A stretch of 64,000 bases of DNA from the human T2T-CHM13v2.0 reference genome, Homo sapiens, in the NCBI RefSeq assembly GCF_009914755.1, contig NC_060928.1. The stretch is one strand, 5' to 3'. This document shows, one piece after another, positions 16,529 to 32,873 of this stretch; positions within the stretch are counted from its first letter, which is position 1; the number at the start of each line of letters is the position of its first letter. A program made the translations under genes and the position numbers. The notes under the pieces are model-generated. The model saw only the letters and a list, made by a program, of their open reading frames with translations. It did no database searches and was not told the DNA's origin.

Positions 16529-17022
16529 AAATAGTAACAAATGTGGGCAGTTATCAGACCTATTGCTTTGAAAACAGCCATATTACAGCCAAAGATAGCT
16601 ACAAATTGTAAGTTTTCTTTGGCTGTAATTATAAAATTGAAAGAAAAAAAAAGCTTAGTTTTCAGGACAAGTATAAGACTGTGTGATCTTTGAGACTAGG
16701 GACCCTGTTGTCGTTGTATATCTGGTCCCTACCAGAGCACCTGCCACTTAGTATCTGCTCAGTTAATGTTGGTTAACAATAGTAACAAATTTAGGCAGTT
16801 ATCTGACACATTGCTTTGAAAACAGCCATATTTCAGCCAAAGATAGCTGCAAATTGTAATTTTTCTTTAGCTGTAATTATAAAATTGAAAAAAAAAAGGT
16901 TAGTTTTCAGGACAAGTGTAAGACTGTGTGATCTTTGAGAGCAGGGACCCTATTGCCATTGTATATTTGGTCCCTACAAGAGCACCTGCCACTTAGTATC
17001 TGCTCAGTTAATATTGGTTAAC
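16529..17022. repeat. Head-to-tail tandem duplication, about 247 bp x2
   Basis: Copies about 16529-16777 and 16778-17022 both run aatagtaacaaat...ctgctcagttaat.ttggttaac, roughly 90% identical by eye. Confidence 0.95.
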
Positions 17023-17166
17023 AAATTCAAATATGCTACCCCACAAAAATAATGGCTGTCTCCCAGAAATTCCAGTGTTTGTGCTTTCGAATTCCATCTC
17101 CTAGGCTGAGCCTCCCACAGAAGCAGTACAGAAATCCTTGCCAGATTATTTTCTCTCTCCCTCCCT

Positions 17167-17238
17167 CCCATCATCCCTGCTGCTAACTCTCCCTCCATCC
17201 CGCCCATCATCCCTGCTGCTAACTCTCCCTCCATCCCT
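17167..17238. repeat. 36-bp tandem repeat x2
   Basis: cccatcatccctgctgctaactctccctccatcc(cg/ct) twice. Confidence 0.9.
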
Positions 17239-18060
17239 CCCCTCCTTCTTTTTGAGTTTATAGGGTAAACTAAATTTATAGGCATTTTACCCATAAGGTC
17301 ATAACACTCCTTCCCCTGATAAGTGGCTATCTTCCAAATTCTTTTGGAGTACCCTTTTTTCACATTCTTGATTCATCTAGCCACCTTATAATAAAGCATA
17401 GTTTTTCCCACAAAAAAAAAACTATTCAAGTTTATTCATGCTTTTGAATAACAATGAGAAAAGTGAATGGTTTTCTGTATATCAGAGATGGAACATAATT
17501 TTGAAGCCGAATTCCCCCTGGTGTTTATAAATTTCGGGTACCACTGTGCATCCAAAGTGACTTATTTGGTAGTCATCCTAGAGAGCTGCAAGAGCTTGTG
17601 CCTTGGGGGACTGTAAACTGCTTAAACTCCAGGCGATATGTGTCCATAAGCAAATATTTGTCAGCTTTATGCACTTGTCTAAGTTTATGTAAAATGGATT
17701 ACGAAGCTTAACTGCCTTGGGGGAAATAGTGCAGTCAGTATTCGGCACCATCTCCAAAGTGCTGGGTGGGATGGATGAAGTCACCACACATTTGCCGCCA
17801 TCTACCAGGAGAGCCATGCTGTTCATCAACATGTTAAGGGCTCTGAAAAGATGACCAGCAAGGAACCTTTCACACTTATTTAATCCAGTGTTAATATGGC
17901 CACAATATCTTTTCCTGGTGGTACATCTCACAGAACTAATGTCCTACAGAACACACTGTGGGAAACGGTGGTTTGAACTGGGCTGATCTCCTGGTGGAGT
18001 ATAAGCAAAATCATCAAAGAAAAACCCAAATCCTCCATCCAAAGTCAAAAAAGTGGTTTC

Positions 18061-18366
18061 ACCATCATTCTCAGCAAACTATCACAAGGACAGAAAACCA
18101 AACACCGCATGTTCTCACTCACAGGTGGGAATTGAACAATGAGAACACGTGGACACAGGGCGGGGAACATCACACACCAGGGCCTGTCGGGGGTGGGAGG
18201 GTTGGGGGAGGGATAGCATTAGGAGAAATACCTAATGTAGATGATGGGTTGATGCATGCAGTAAACCAACATGGCACATGTATACCTATGTATCAAACCT
18301 GCATGTTGTGCACATGTACCCTAGAACTTAAAGTATAATTTTAAAAAATTAAAATTAAAATTTTTT
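18061..18366 (+). mobile_element. 5'-truncated L1PA 3' UTR
   Basis: accatcattctcagcaaacta...ctagaacttaaagtataa; TSD aaaaagtggtttca on both sides. Confidence 0.93.
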
Positions 18367-18799
18367 AAAAAGTGGTTTCAGGGACTCAGTAGCAACAAAA
18401 TGAAGCAGTTCCTCAGAGACTTGAAGAAGTCATAAAATAACTAATGAAATTTCCACCACTATCAGCTGAGAACTTACAGGCCCCATGTCAGCACACCACA
18501 CAGATCATTTAACACAGAGAGGCATGGCTGCTCAGTGTTCAGTGGGTTGGGCTCATATTCAGCCCTTCCACTCACCAGCTGTGTGTTCTTGGGAACTTAC
18601 TTAACTTCTATGTGCCTCTGTCATCTCATGTATACGATGTGGATAATAATAGCATCTGCCTCACAGGATTGTGAGTTTACATGTGCGACATTTTTAGAAG
18701 AGGAACTGGCACATAGCAAGTCCAATATAAGTATTTGCTGTTATTATTGCTCTCTTACTTAATTTCCAGAAATAACCAAGGGACTACAAATTATTTTAA

Positions 18800-18985
<186 letters not shown>

Positions 18986-19675
18986 TAGGGCTGGCCAGGA
19001 AGGGTCTGGGAGGGCAGCCTCCAGTACAGGAGTGGGGAAACCAGACTGGCAGACTAGGGTATCCTGTGGCTCCCTCTGTCTCTTCCCCGTCCCCTGGCTA
19101 AGGGATAAAAGGATGAATGAATTGACTGGCTAATGCATTTGCTTAAAAAGCCACCCAGCTGACTGATACCAGAGCCAGCTGTGTCCACAGAGAATGCTAT
19201 GGTAGCACTCTGTGCCTATTTAAGTAATAATGTAGTAATCACTAATGCATGTGTCCAGCACTGTGCTGAGTATCTTACATGCATTATTCCATTAAATGTA
19301 GGGATTGATGCTTCTGAGTTTCCTTCAGAAAATTATATAACTTTATGCACATGACCCTACAAAACTGAGTCCAAGGGCAACAAATAATAGATCAGGTGGG
19401 CCTGCAATGCTCACTGTGCTTACATGCCTTATTTTAATATTTCAAGATGTGTACTTCGCCTTGAAAACCAAAATTAATGATCACATGAATACCTACCATT
19501 TTTTAAGCTCTTTCCAGGGACTAGGCTGTATGACAAATGCTTTTTAGGCATTTCAACAGTCTCATTTCAACAGCCCTGGGAGAAATTTCCTGGGCTCCAT
19601 TCTGTAGATGAAAAAACTGAGGCACAGAGAGGTCAGGTGGCTTAGTGACCTGCCTGATTACACACTTCTGGTTGA

Positions 19676-20020
<345 letters not shown>

Positions 20021-20162
20021 TGAGTGGATGCTCCGACTGTAAATGAGGCTGACATCTGATACACATGTTCACGTGGGCACATGCACACACACATGCACGA
20101 CATGGGGAGTGTACACTTACTGACCTACACGAGCATCAGGAGTATCATTAACTCTAAATGAA

Positions 20163-20229
20163 TATTAGGTTGAACCACATGAAATTGCTGACATTTGCCC
20201 ACTTTAGGTGATTTCATATGATTCACCTA
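20163..20229. mobile_element. MADE2 (mariner MITE), degraded hairpin
   Basis: tattaggttgaaccacatgaaattgc...atttcatatgattcaccta inverted termini. Confidence 0.75.
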
Positions 20230-20721
20230 CCTCATGCATCTGCACTGGCCACTCAGGAGCACACTGGAAAGCTCCCTGTAGGAGAAGCATCCCAGTTGCA
20301 AATCTCTGCCTGCTCTTCACAGTGGCTGTCTGTGTGGCTTTTGATTTGAGTCCCTTATCTGTAACCTCAATGAGTCCTTCAGTCCACTGGTAGCATGTCC
20401 CACCTTTCTGGCACAGGCACGGATGCCTTTCCTTGCCCCTTCCTTGATTTCAGCTGCTCCAGGGATCAGCTTTTCTCCTTGAAGACCCCCCAGAAAGTTG
20501 TGGGTGGTATTTAAGTCAGGCCATCTGAAGCACACCCTCCAGATTTGATAAAAATACATGTCTAGTCATTCTCACTTGATGCCTAAGAGAAACATCATTT
20601 GATTTATATACATTTGTACATATAATAATTCATAAACATACATTTGTAAGTTCATCTTTTTAAAAATTATAACATAATAAAAATATTTTTATGTTTCCTA
20701 TTTATTCTTTCCTTCACTGAA

Positions 20722-21165
20722 TAGCCATGGTTCTCAAAGTATAGCCCCGGAATCAGCAGCATCAGCATCACTGAGGACTTGTTAGAAACATAAACTCAGG
20801 CCAGGCATGGTGGCTCATGCCTGTAACCTCAGCACTTTGGGAGGCTGAGGCAGGAGGATCGCTTGAGGCCAGGAGTTGGAGACCAGCCTGGGGAACAAAA
20901 TGAGACCTCACCTCTATTGAATAAATAAATAAATACCCCAAACATTTTTAATACCTCACATTGAAATAAATATGTTTAAGAAAGATTAATAAAAACTAGC
21001 CAGATAATTAAAGTCAACCAACTAAACAGAAATTTAAAAAATAATTTTAAAAAAGAAAGAAATGCAAGCTCACAAGTTCTACCTGAGACTTACTGAACCT
21101 GAAACCCTGAGGTGGGGCCTAGAAAACTGTTCTCACAAGGTCTCCAAGTGATTCTGATGCATGTT
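20722..21165. mobile_element. MER5A split by an Alu monomer (FLAM-like, about 20799-20934) plus A-rich sequence
   Basis: ggttctcaaagt...cagcagcatcagcatcac on the left; gtgattctgatgca on the right. Confidence 0.7.
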
Positions 21166-22701
21166 ATGGTATATCATCATTAATTAAAGGGAGTCCATTA
21201 AAATCATCGATACCACAAAATCCCAGGCTTAGTTCTCCAGTAAATAGAAGATCTATCATGAATACAGGGACTGTTGTACACTGGAATCTTCAATATCCCA
21301 ACGTGAAAAATGAGAATTCAAATAAAGTCAGTCAGCCTCCGAGTTCATTAAAACGTGGGAGTTAATTAGGATGTCATTATAAGACTTCTCACAGTCTTGG
21401 TTTCAAACTTCTGCTAATGTTCTAATGATTGATTTATTCTAATGATTGATTTATTTTAAAATTATAGCTTTTTGTGCATTTTCATGTGTTCCCTCAACTT
21501 CACATATTAAGATATTATACATAAACTATTCCCCTGCACTAAGTAAGCAATTTTCAAGGCACAAGTACCATACCCTATAATTTTAATTTTGACATGAATG
21601 TTCAAAATATGTGATGACACAGCATGCTTTCTAAAAGGAAAATTTGGGCTTGATTTGGTAATCTTTTATGAGTGGAGTCTAAGTCTTCAGTGTCTTGGAT
21701 ACTTCTTGCAAATTTGCTGTGAAGTGTCCTTTATTAAAAAAATGCTGAAGTAATTTGAGCTATTTCATCTAGAATAAGTCTAAATTATAGACATGTAAAA
21801 AGTTAAAACTACCACCCCCTTTAATTACTAGAGAATTTCTGTTTGGAATGATGAAGAAGCTCTGAAGATGGATAGTGGTGATGGTTAGACAACATAGTAA
21901 TTGTATGTAATGCCACTGAATCATACACTTAAAAATGGTTAAAGTGATAAACATTACGTTATGTTATATATATTTTCCACAATGGAACAATTTTTAATAA
22001 ACTACCACCCCTCCCCCAAAAAAAACCTAAGCTTGTTTCAAATTTTGATGCCCTAACCTTTTCCTTTCCTCAATTAGCTTGAATTGCTATTGACTTAACC
22101 AATAACTGGCATTTTTTGGTGGATGTCTATACACATATGTACAATAAAATTAAAGACCAATGGGAGGTTGTTTTTTTTTTTAACTTTCTGATTCAAATTA
22201 TCTTTAAAAATAAGGAATATTTATTAATACTCTGCATCCATTGAACATTCACTTACTGTCTGAAAATGTTGAGAAAAACTTGGTATCTTGGAAAAATGAA
22301 CTCGATCTAACTGCTACAATATGCTGCTGTATTTTTAGAATAAAACTTCTTACTCAAATATAAATCATTATTATCCCCTTTGTCTTGAATTTATTCCATT
22401 TAACAAGGAATATGTGAATTTAAAACTTTGGGACACAAATGTAAAGCTTGCCTGAAAAACCTGAGGAGACTGTAGCACAACAATGAATGGACTCTAGTTC
22501 TTAAATCCTCTGTGCCCTTTTCAGTGTCTGTTAATGGCTTCTCCATAAATTCCATACTACTCTGCAAGACCTGTGGCTCCTCTGGTTAAATGAGGGCTGA
22601 CATGATTGGGAGAGTTGCCTGCAGTGTGTCTTGTTCTGTTCAGTTCTTATTTATCATATATTTTGGTGATCTTAGTAAATTATTACTAACTCCACCTGTG
22701 A

Positions 22702-23298
<597 letters not shown>

Positions 23299-23684
23299 TT
23301 ATAAATATGTCTCGATAGAGTCTCAAGCCTCTTCCTTGGCACATCTGTTCTTAAAGTCTTGGAAGAAAGAGATCTGTTCCCCAACTCACCTACTGAAAAT
23401 GCTGGCAGAATAACTCTGGCCACAGTGCTCTGGAGTGTCTGCCTTGAGATGGGAGAGGGGTGCTGAAGGGGGTGGGGCACAGGGAGATCTCCAGCTCATT
23501 CATTGAAGACATATTTCAACATCACCCTCTACAAGGACTCTAGTGTAATATAACAGAGAAATCAATTATGCCGCAATCATGGGAGGTTATGATGTGGGAA
23601 AGATACAGGTGCTAGGATCCCCCAAAAATTAATAAATCTCCTCACTAGCCTAAATCCCACCATTAGCAATATATTTATTTGAGT

Positions 23685-24136
23685 CTATTTTAGTTTCCTG
23701 GGGAAACTAAACTATAACAAGGAACCACTAACTTGGTGGCTTCAAAACAACAGAAATGTGTTTACTCACAGTTCTGGAGGCCTAAAGTCTGAAATCAAGG
23801 CGTCAGTAGGGCCATACTCCCTCCAAAAGCTCTAGAGGAGTATCTTTCCCTGCCTCTTCCAGCTCCTCCTGGCACTTAGAGTTCCTTGGTTTGTGTTAGC
23901 GTAACTCTAATCTCTGCTTCCATCTTCACATAGCCTTCTCTGTGTCTCTCTCTGTGGGTCCTCTTTTGTCGCTTATAAGAACACTCTTATTGGATTTAGG
24001 GCCCACCCTAATCTAATATGATCTTATCTTCATCCTTAACTAATGATATCTGCAAAGACCCCATTTCCAAATTAGGTCGCATTCTGAGTTTCTGGGCGGA
24101 CATCAATATGTGGAGGATGCTATTTAACCCATTACA
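23685..24136 (-). mobile_element. MLT1 LTR (ERVL-MaLR)
   Basis: aacaacagaaat...ctcacagttctggaggc...gattagggcccacccta-like MLT1 text. Confidence 0.75.
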
Positions 24137-27100
24137 GTGTCTTCAGTCTTGCTTGTTCTTTCGGTGACTCTTCTCCCACAATGCTAACAGGTCTCTCTTA
24201 TGATCCTAACAGGCTTGTTAACTAGGATTGCAGCTTTGTGGCATGCATGCCCTTGTTTCCCCACCACCACCCAGGCAGAAATCACAGATCCTCATCCATC
24301 ACTTAGGCAGAAATTTCTAACTCCCCTCCACCACCCTTGCCAGAAAGCAATAATTGATGGTGCTATTTTTGTTGTGTTTTCCCACTGAGCCTGAATATAA
24401 TTTTAGAACTCTTCTCAATACAGTACTTCAGGTAGCCACTACCTATTCCTAGTGAGTATGACTGACAAAGTCTGCAGGTACCATCATGGCTGTATAATTA
24501 ATAAAATATTTACATACTCTGTACTGACTGATAAATAGCTGCTGCCCTGACCTTCCCAGATGCCATCCTGGCCACATAAGCCCCACTTCAAGGACCCCCT
24601 GGACCTTACCACAATTGACCAATTAAAGGGGGTGGCTGACCAAGGCCAGCGCCTCCAGGGTCCTGTTCCCAAGCTGTGGTGGGCAGCTCTTCTAATGAAC
24701 CCAGGAGGTGGGTTCAATACTGTGTATTGTTCAGTATTTTGAATATCAAGCCCCGCCTAGATCTCAGTAGTTAAAAACCTTCTACAACCTGTAGAGGACG
24801 TTCGTGACAGCTGGGATGTGTTCTTTTGACAGTGGGAAGGAAGCACTGAATGGAAAGAGAGGAAGCGGTGCCAAGAAATAAGAGGCAGAACCTGAAAGGG
24901 CCGGCACTGGGCACCCAAGGTCAACCGCCTTGGCTTAGAATTCCTTCAGTGCCTGTGGCAGTTCTGTCCTGTACCTTTTAATCTGTGATCTGGGGGGTGG
25001 GTGAGGGCAGGGGTGGTCCTCATTTACAAAGCACCAAGCATCAAGACTCAAGCAAAATTCCTTTGCTGTATTGATAACAGGATTGATATCTGCATAGCTG
25101 AAATTTTTTTCTTGAAATTTTAGAACTTTAGAATTTGGCTTAGTCTTGTCACTCATATAACTCTTTAAAGTGCCACGTAATTTTTTTAAATGTCTGTGTA
25201 TTCTGAAACTTGAAAAAAAACAAACTTTTTTGGCTGCTAACTTAAACATAATATGAGTGAGAGGAGAAAGCAAGTAGAAAATGGTTTTAGAAAGGGGATT
25301 GGAGTTGGAGGTTTGGTGAAAACCTGAGATTTTCTTAAGCCTGAAAATTCACTTTCTGAATATCAACTGGGGGAAAATAATTTCTATTAATGCTTACTTC
25401 TTCCTTGATTTATAACTCTGAATGAACACAGAGAATGAAATGAGGTGATTTTGTCTGCAGGTAAAAGTAGAGAGTTGCCCAACTCTGCACTGGAGAGGAG
25501 AACTGGGGCAGCCTTCAGATACGTGGTCACTGGACACAGCCCCTGTGAGGTCCCTGCCCCTGCTGTGGGGTCCACGTGGACTCTCTATTCCATCTGCTCT
25601 GGGGCTTCTGCTGAGGCTGATGGCCTGGAACACTTGAAGGGCTCCTCTTCCTCTGTCCTCTTAGCAGTGTCAGTGGGGTCTGTTATCCTGCTTCCTGAAT
25701 TTCAGCTAATCTCTCCATCTCATCACCACTCACTGGGATGTACAATTATTTGAGCCACTTAAACTATGTACATCATCACAACTGGAAGACCATTCAATTT
25801 CAGATATGTTTAAATGATAAAGTCTATTATACTATATACCACTAACAACGGATTAAGAGCAGCCTTTCTTAGCCAGGGATTCCCTGCAGGGATTCCTTTC
25901 CATTTGGATGGAACATTTAAAATCTGAATGCCTTGCTAGGGAGAGTTGAATTCTGAAGCCTCCCATCTTCACTGCTTCCCACATCAACCTGTCTGCCGTG
26001 CCCCTGAACACATTCACTTAAATTTTAAAGTAAGACTTACTGCACACAAAACATTGTCTAAACTAAGAATAAAACTTGACTGAGAAAGTAAAGAAACGCA
26101 AACTCCAGAAGCACACTTGCCGCTCCTCTGTCACCTGCCCTGAATAGAGGAGGAGCTGCAGGGGCCCACATGAGTCCCTCCCTTTCTGCAGGCATCAATA
26201 GTGAAGAGGTCAGTATTCAGAGTTCTGCCTCCTAGTCTGACATCCATCATCAACTCATCCTCCCTGTTCCTCCCCTACAGAGGAAAAGCTGATATCAGGA
26301 AGACCAAGATTAACATGAGAAGACCGGATAGAGAGCTAGAAGGAAGAGCAGAAGACAGTAATGAGGCAGGCAGGAAGGAAAGGAAGTGGGCCAGGAGACA
26401 CCCACTGGCAGACTCAGAAAGACAGGAGAGAAGGCAAGAAGGCCTCCCCTCCTGCAGGTGCCCAGCCATGCCTCCACTGATGGGTGAGAGCTCAGACTAC
26501 TACCCAGGCAGCCTGTGAAACACACTCCCACTATGGGCACTTCTGAATGTTCTGAATTACTTTAGAGGGAGAGACTATCTTCTGTCTCCCACAGCACACC
26601 AGTATTTTATTTCACATATATTCTAAAATGTAAACAAAGCCTTCAATACTATCTCCTGCTTATTGCCTTGAATATTAGCTTGCTGTGGATGTTACAGTCA
26701 AAATAATTTTTGAAAAACCAATGTGACAATACTATGAAATAAATTTTTAAATAAAAAAGCAAAGTTACCCAGAATATTATCCAGAATATATTCATAGGCA
26801 ATAAGCTTGGTCCTAAAAACTAAATCATGTAATTTTTTAAAAAGTTATAAATTAAGGGAGTTTTGACTAAGTTCTTAAGCTATTTAAAGGGATTTGATAA
26901 CTGCCCAACTCTCATACCACAATGGCATAATGGCATAGTTTTTTAAGACTGAGTAGTGACTACAGATTAAATTAATCTAGGAGATACTGTATTTCAAGTC
27001 TCTAGTCATAGTAAGTACTCTGCTATTTGGAAATTTTCCACATGATTGCTAGATTTAAACTAGGGAAGAATTACTGGCAACTTTAGGAGGGTAGAAAAAC

Positions 27101-27707
27101 TCACCTAAAATACATCTGTTAATGCCAATGCTATCAAATTCTTAACTTTAAAGCATAGTATATTTCAGAAAAAGTTCTAAGATTCTCAAAACTATAATGC
27201 ATCAATTGATAACTCAGCAACCAAGTGGTCAATGTTTTCTGCTTGATTGTGAAAAGCCAACTGCGTATCTAAGCCAGGGTGTTGTGGAGAATTGGAAGCC
27301 ATGTATACAGAGGGGCACATAGGACCCTGCCTCAGGAGTTTCAGTCCAGCTAGGATATAAGGGAGAGCTACAAAGAATCAATACTCACTGGTGCATAGAT
27401 GTTAACGACCTTTGAAAGGAGCAGTGTAGACTGTGATGTTTGATTTCTTGCATGTTTGTAACCATAAGGCTCAGAGCTTCTAGCCAGGCTTGAGATAAGA
27501 ATGCCAAGGCAGTTCTACAAGCAGAAGGTAAGTCCAAAGGCTGGCACAGAAAGCCAGGAGTGAGGGGATGGGCTCAGGGCCTGGCAGTAGAAATGGGAAG
27601 ATGGGAAGAAGGAATTAATTAAAGTAAGATTGGAGCCAGAATTGGTGGAATCCACAGAGCTTGATGACAGTTTAACTTGAGGAAGTAAAAAGGGGAGAAT
27701 CAGAGTT

Positions 27708-28204
<497 letters not shown>

Positions 28205-29049
28205 CTACATTCATCTTCTCAACACCAAAACAACTAACAACAGTGGTATAATATTGCTGGGTGCCTTTTAAATTTTTTAACATTATCATTTTTCCTTATT
28301 AGTCAATCCTGTTAAGCTTTTGTATTCCTGGCATGTGGATTGAGATAGGGAAATTCTCCTTTTAACCTACTTGGTGATGGCCCAGCTTTCTCTTCTCAGG
28401 GCCTTTCCTAATTCTCTGGCTCATCTGAGGAATAACTCCTCTATCAGAGTGGGAATAACAGTCATGTTTGGAGAAGTGTCCTTGTTTACCCTCGCCTACC
28501 TCACTTTTGTGGTTGCTGTTGGTTCTTTATGGACCCAAGTCCAAAACAGATGTTTTCACATACATCTTACTTGCCATGCTTTAAACTGGATGACAGCAAG
28601 TCAGACTGCTGATCCCAGAAAGCCCTGCTGTGTGCAGTTGGAAAGGTCAGGTGGTTGAGGGCTGGTAGGAAGTCGGGTGGCGGCTGCAGGGAAGATGGGT
28701 TGCATGAGGCAAGAAGACAGGTGTGGTCATCTAAAGGTAAGACAATGAGGGTTTGAATGAGACAAGGCCTGTGAAACTGGGAAATCTCTAGGAAATGTTT
28801 ACTAAGTGTCTACTGCAGGAACACAATATTTACATATGTTATCTCGTGTTATCCCGAAGAAAGCCATGGGTACTATAATGGGAGAATTCCCATTAAAAAA
28901 AAAATCTTCCTTGCTTTATTTCTCTGACAAAATGACAGGTATAGAAATGTCTGCAGGAAAAAAACATGCTGGTTACATGCTATCATTTTAGATGGGAAAA
29001 ACAAAACTTGTGATTCTTTTCTTTTGTACCTTTACAATATTCTGTGATT

Positions 29050-29430
29050 TTTTAAACTTTTTTATTGATACATAATAATTGTATGTATTTATGGGGTACA
29101 TGTGGTATTTTGATACATGAATAGAATGTATAATGATCAAATCAGGGTATTTAGAATATCTATTACCTCAAACATTTATCATTTGTGTTGCAGACATTTT
29201 AAATCTTCTCTTCTAGCTATTTTGAAATATACAGTAAGTTATTGTTAACTATAGTAACCCTACTGTGCTATCAAACACTAGAACATACTCCTTCTAACTA
29301 TATTTCTATACCATTAACGAACCTCTCTTCATCCTCCTCCTCTACCTCCTCCCTTCTCAGCCTTTGATAACCATCATTCTACTCTTTTCTTACATAAGAT
29401 CAGCTTTTTAGGCTCCCACATATGAGTGAG
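29050..29430 (-). mobile_element. L1MA 3' end
   Basis: ttgatacataataattgtatgtatttatggggtacatgtg...gctcccacatatgagtgag. Confidence 0.8.
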
Positions 29431-29640
29431 AGGCCAGGGGTGCTGCTAAGCATCCTACAACATACAACTCACCACAACAAAGAATTACTTGGCCTGAGAA
29501 CCCTCAGCATCGTTGAGAGAAAACAAAAATGAAACTAAATTATACAGAGATCTACTTATAAATACCTACTTAAAGCCCAAAGTACCCATTTCCTAATTTT
29601 TAAAAATAGCATTTCTTCCTAGCATTTAAAAGAACTTCTG

Positions 29641-29950
29641 GGCCAGGTACGGTGGCTCACCCTGTAATCCCAGCACTTTGGGAGGTCATGGCGGGTGGAT
29701 CACCTGAGGTTGGCAGTTCGAGACCAGTCTGGCCAACATGCAGAAACCCCGTCTCTATTAAAAATAGAAAATTAGCGGGGCGTGGTGGTGCATGCCTGTA
29801 ATCCCAGCTACTCAGGAGGCTGAGGCAGGAGAATTGCATGAACTCAGGAGGTGGAAGTTGCTGTGAGCCGAGATCACTCCATTGCACTCCAGCCTAGGCA
29901 ACAAGAGCGAAACTCCGTATCCAAAAAAATAAAAAATAAAAATAAATAAA
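29641..29950 (+). mobile_element. AluS
   Basis: Full Alu; TSD taaaagaacttctg. Confidence 0.94.
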
Positions 29951-31422
29951 AGAACTTCTGCTATCTTAAGAGAGTAGGAAATAAAGATTGGGGAAATTCT
30001 GGATTTTTTTTTTTTTGGCTTTGTCAGATAGAATCCGTTTTTTTCTCATTAAAAAAATCTGATAAATATCTCCTGAGACAGTAACACCAACTAGCAAACC
30101 CTCCATTTCCCTAGAGTCCATGATTGCCTCTGCCTACAGACTTGGCACCAAGAGCCCCCATTCAGTTCCTCTCTAGGCACCAGCTAGGAATGTGGCTCCA
30201 GAAACTAGGAATAAGCCGCCTTCCACTGACGTCCTCAGAAACACCCTTTATGTGATCACTTATGTTTTATTGGTCATCACCAGGCATGGTGACCAGCACA
30301 GGGAACACCCATGAGGAGTAAAAACCACCTTTCATAGCCTTTCATAGGATTGTGGTGAAGATTAAACAAGGTACCACTCCGAAAGGCCCTTAAGTCCCTG
30401 TGCTTCCTACAAAAGGATGTCTCAATAAATTTTTGTCTCAATTAATTCTGGCAAAAAAAAAAAAAATGTGGTTTCTTTCATTTCAAACAAAATGAAAGAA
30501 AACACATCATTTTCTTGGGAAAAGACTTCATGCCAATGAGTTTGTAATTTAAGAGGTCAAACCAAGGTCTCCAGTGCAATAAATGATAACTACTACATGT
30601 TCTTTAAGCTGTAGAAGATTATAGAATTATAGGCTCTTAAGAGTGTTGGGTCAAGCAACAAATGGCACTCCTTGTCCCATCAGAGTTGTGAACCAATAAA
30701 AATATAGAGAACATTTTTTAAAAGAGGAAGGGTCACTTATAAATTAATAGAGGCTTGAGGAACATATCAGTCAATTACAACATATGGAATATATTTTGAT
30801 CCTGATTCAAACAAAATGTTACAGAATTTTTTGAGGCTCTCAAGGAAATTTGAAACTTACTAATAGTTGAGGTTATTAAGGAATTATTATAAAAATGGTA
30901 TTGTAATTATGCTTTTTAAAAATATCTATTATAGATACATATTGAAATATTTACAGATAAAATGATGTCTAGATTCAAAATAATGGAGGGGAGGGGAGTG
31001 GTTGACAGTATAGATGAAGTAAGATGGTCATAACATAGTGATCATTGAAGCTGGGGGTGACAGGTCTGTGGCATATTATTATTCCTGCATTATATGTGTT
31101 TGAAATTTTCCATAAAAGACTTTTTAGTATAGATCAAAATATTGCCTTTTTAACTGATAAAGATGAATTTAGAGAGTGTGTTTTAAGTGTGCCACTTACG
31201 GGCTTCCTGCTGAACTCCTGCCTATTAGAATAGCTCACAGCAAAATTAAGTCTGGGGTCCTGAATTCAGTACCTGTGCAATTTCTGCCTTTGTCTTTGAC
31301 CCAGTGCCCCTCCATGATCAGCCAGCCATCTTGCAAAGGTGAGTGATGGATACTGGGGAGGCAAGGCCAGGATAGTAGCCAGTCACCACTTCATCCTCAC
31401 TCCTGGACAAGAATTCAGATCA

Positions 31423-31746
<324 letters not shown>

Positions 31747-32612
31747 TCATCTTTGTGCATTCAAGTGGTAAGTGGAAAATATTAACTAGTGGGGGACTAT
31801 TACATAAGAAGAAAAATATAAAGATTAATCAGTGGAAATAAAAGTAGTAAAATCAGCATTTTTCAAAAAATGTAAACCAGTCACAGAGACCTCATGTACA
31901 GAAAGAATAAAACACAGGAAAGAAGCCAGGAGAACTGTGGAATATTATGTCATATTGCCACAAAAGTGAAGTGTGCCAAGAATACAGGGGATCGAATGGA
32001 GCCAAGGGTCCAACTGAGGCTGGATTGTGTATTCTTAAACGATGGTTGCCCTGCAATGGGGCCCTTCACCTCATGGTGATGGCATCATAATGAGACACAC
32101 TGCAGTGATCAGTAGCAGAGCTGCTGATGGTCTAATTGGCTCCATCTAGGAGAAGATCTGAGAAAAATCTGGAGTTTCAGCAGCTAACAAATAAAATGAG
32201 GCCTGAAAGAGAAGAACTTGATAGATTTACTAAAAATGTAACACTCTGGAGTGCTTCTGCATATGGAGCTTCTCCGACTGACTTGGAGATTGGTGCAGAT
32301 AATAAGCCATCTGGGGGCATGTCCTTACTGTCCCACCCATTCCTCCTGATGGCATTACTGTCTGAATACAACCTGAGCCTGGAAAAGGAGGAGGCCCATT
32401 CTCCTAGCAAGCCATATATTGGTTTGGAATAAAAACAATTATCCTCGCCTGCTACTTTGATTAGCCTCCCTACCCAGAAGATTAGTCCAGGCAAGAAAGC
32501 TGGGTGTCAACAACTTGACCACAAACAGTTGTAAGCTCATCTCCATGGAAACCATATAGTAACACAACTCAACTTTCCACAATGAGATGAGCCCTTAGGG
32601 CTGGAACAGTGA

Positions 32613-32873
<261 letters not shown>

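Noticed and set aside
16529-17238. Direct repeats considered as a CRISPR-like array
   Set aside because: Eukaryotic intron, two copies only, no spacers or cas genes.
17004-17363. ORF with repeated MEGELAAGMMGG
   Set aside because: Translation artefact of the 36-bp tandem repeat.
21420-21456. 17-bp tandem duplication ttctaatgattgattta
   Set aside because: Ordinary slippage product.
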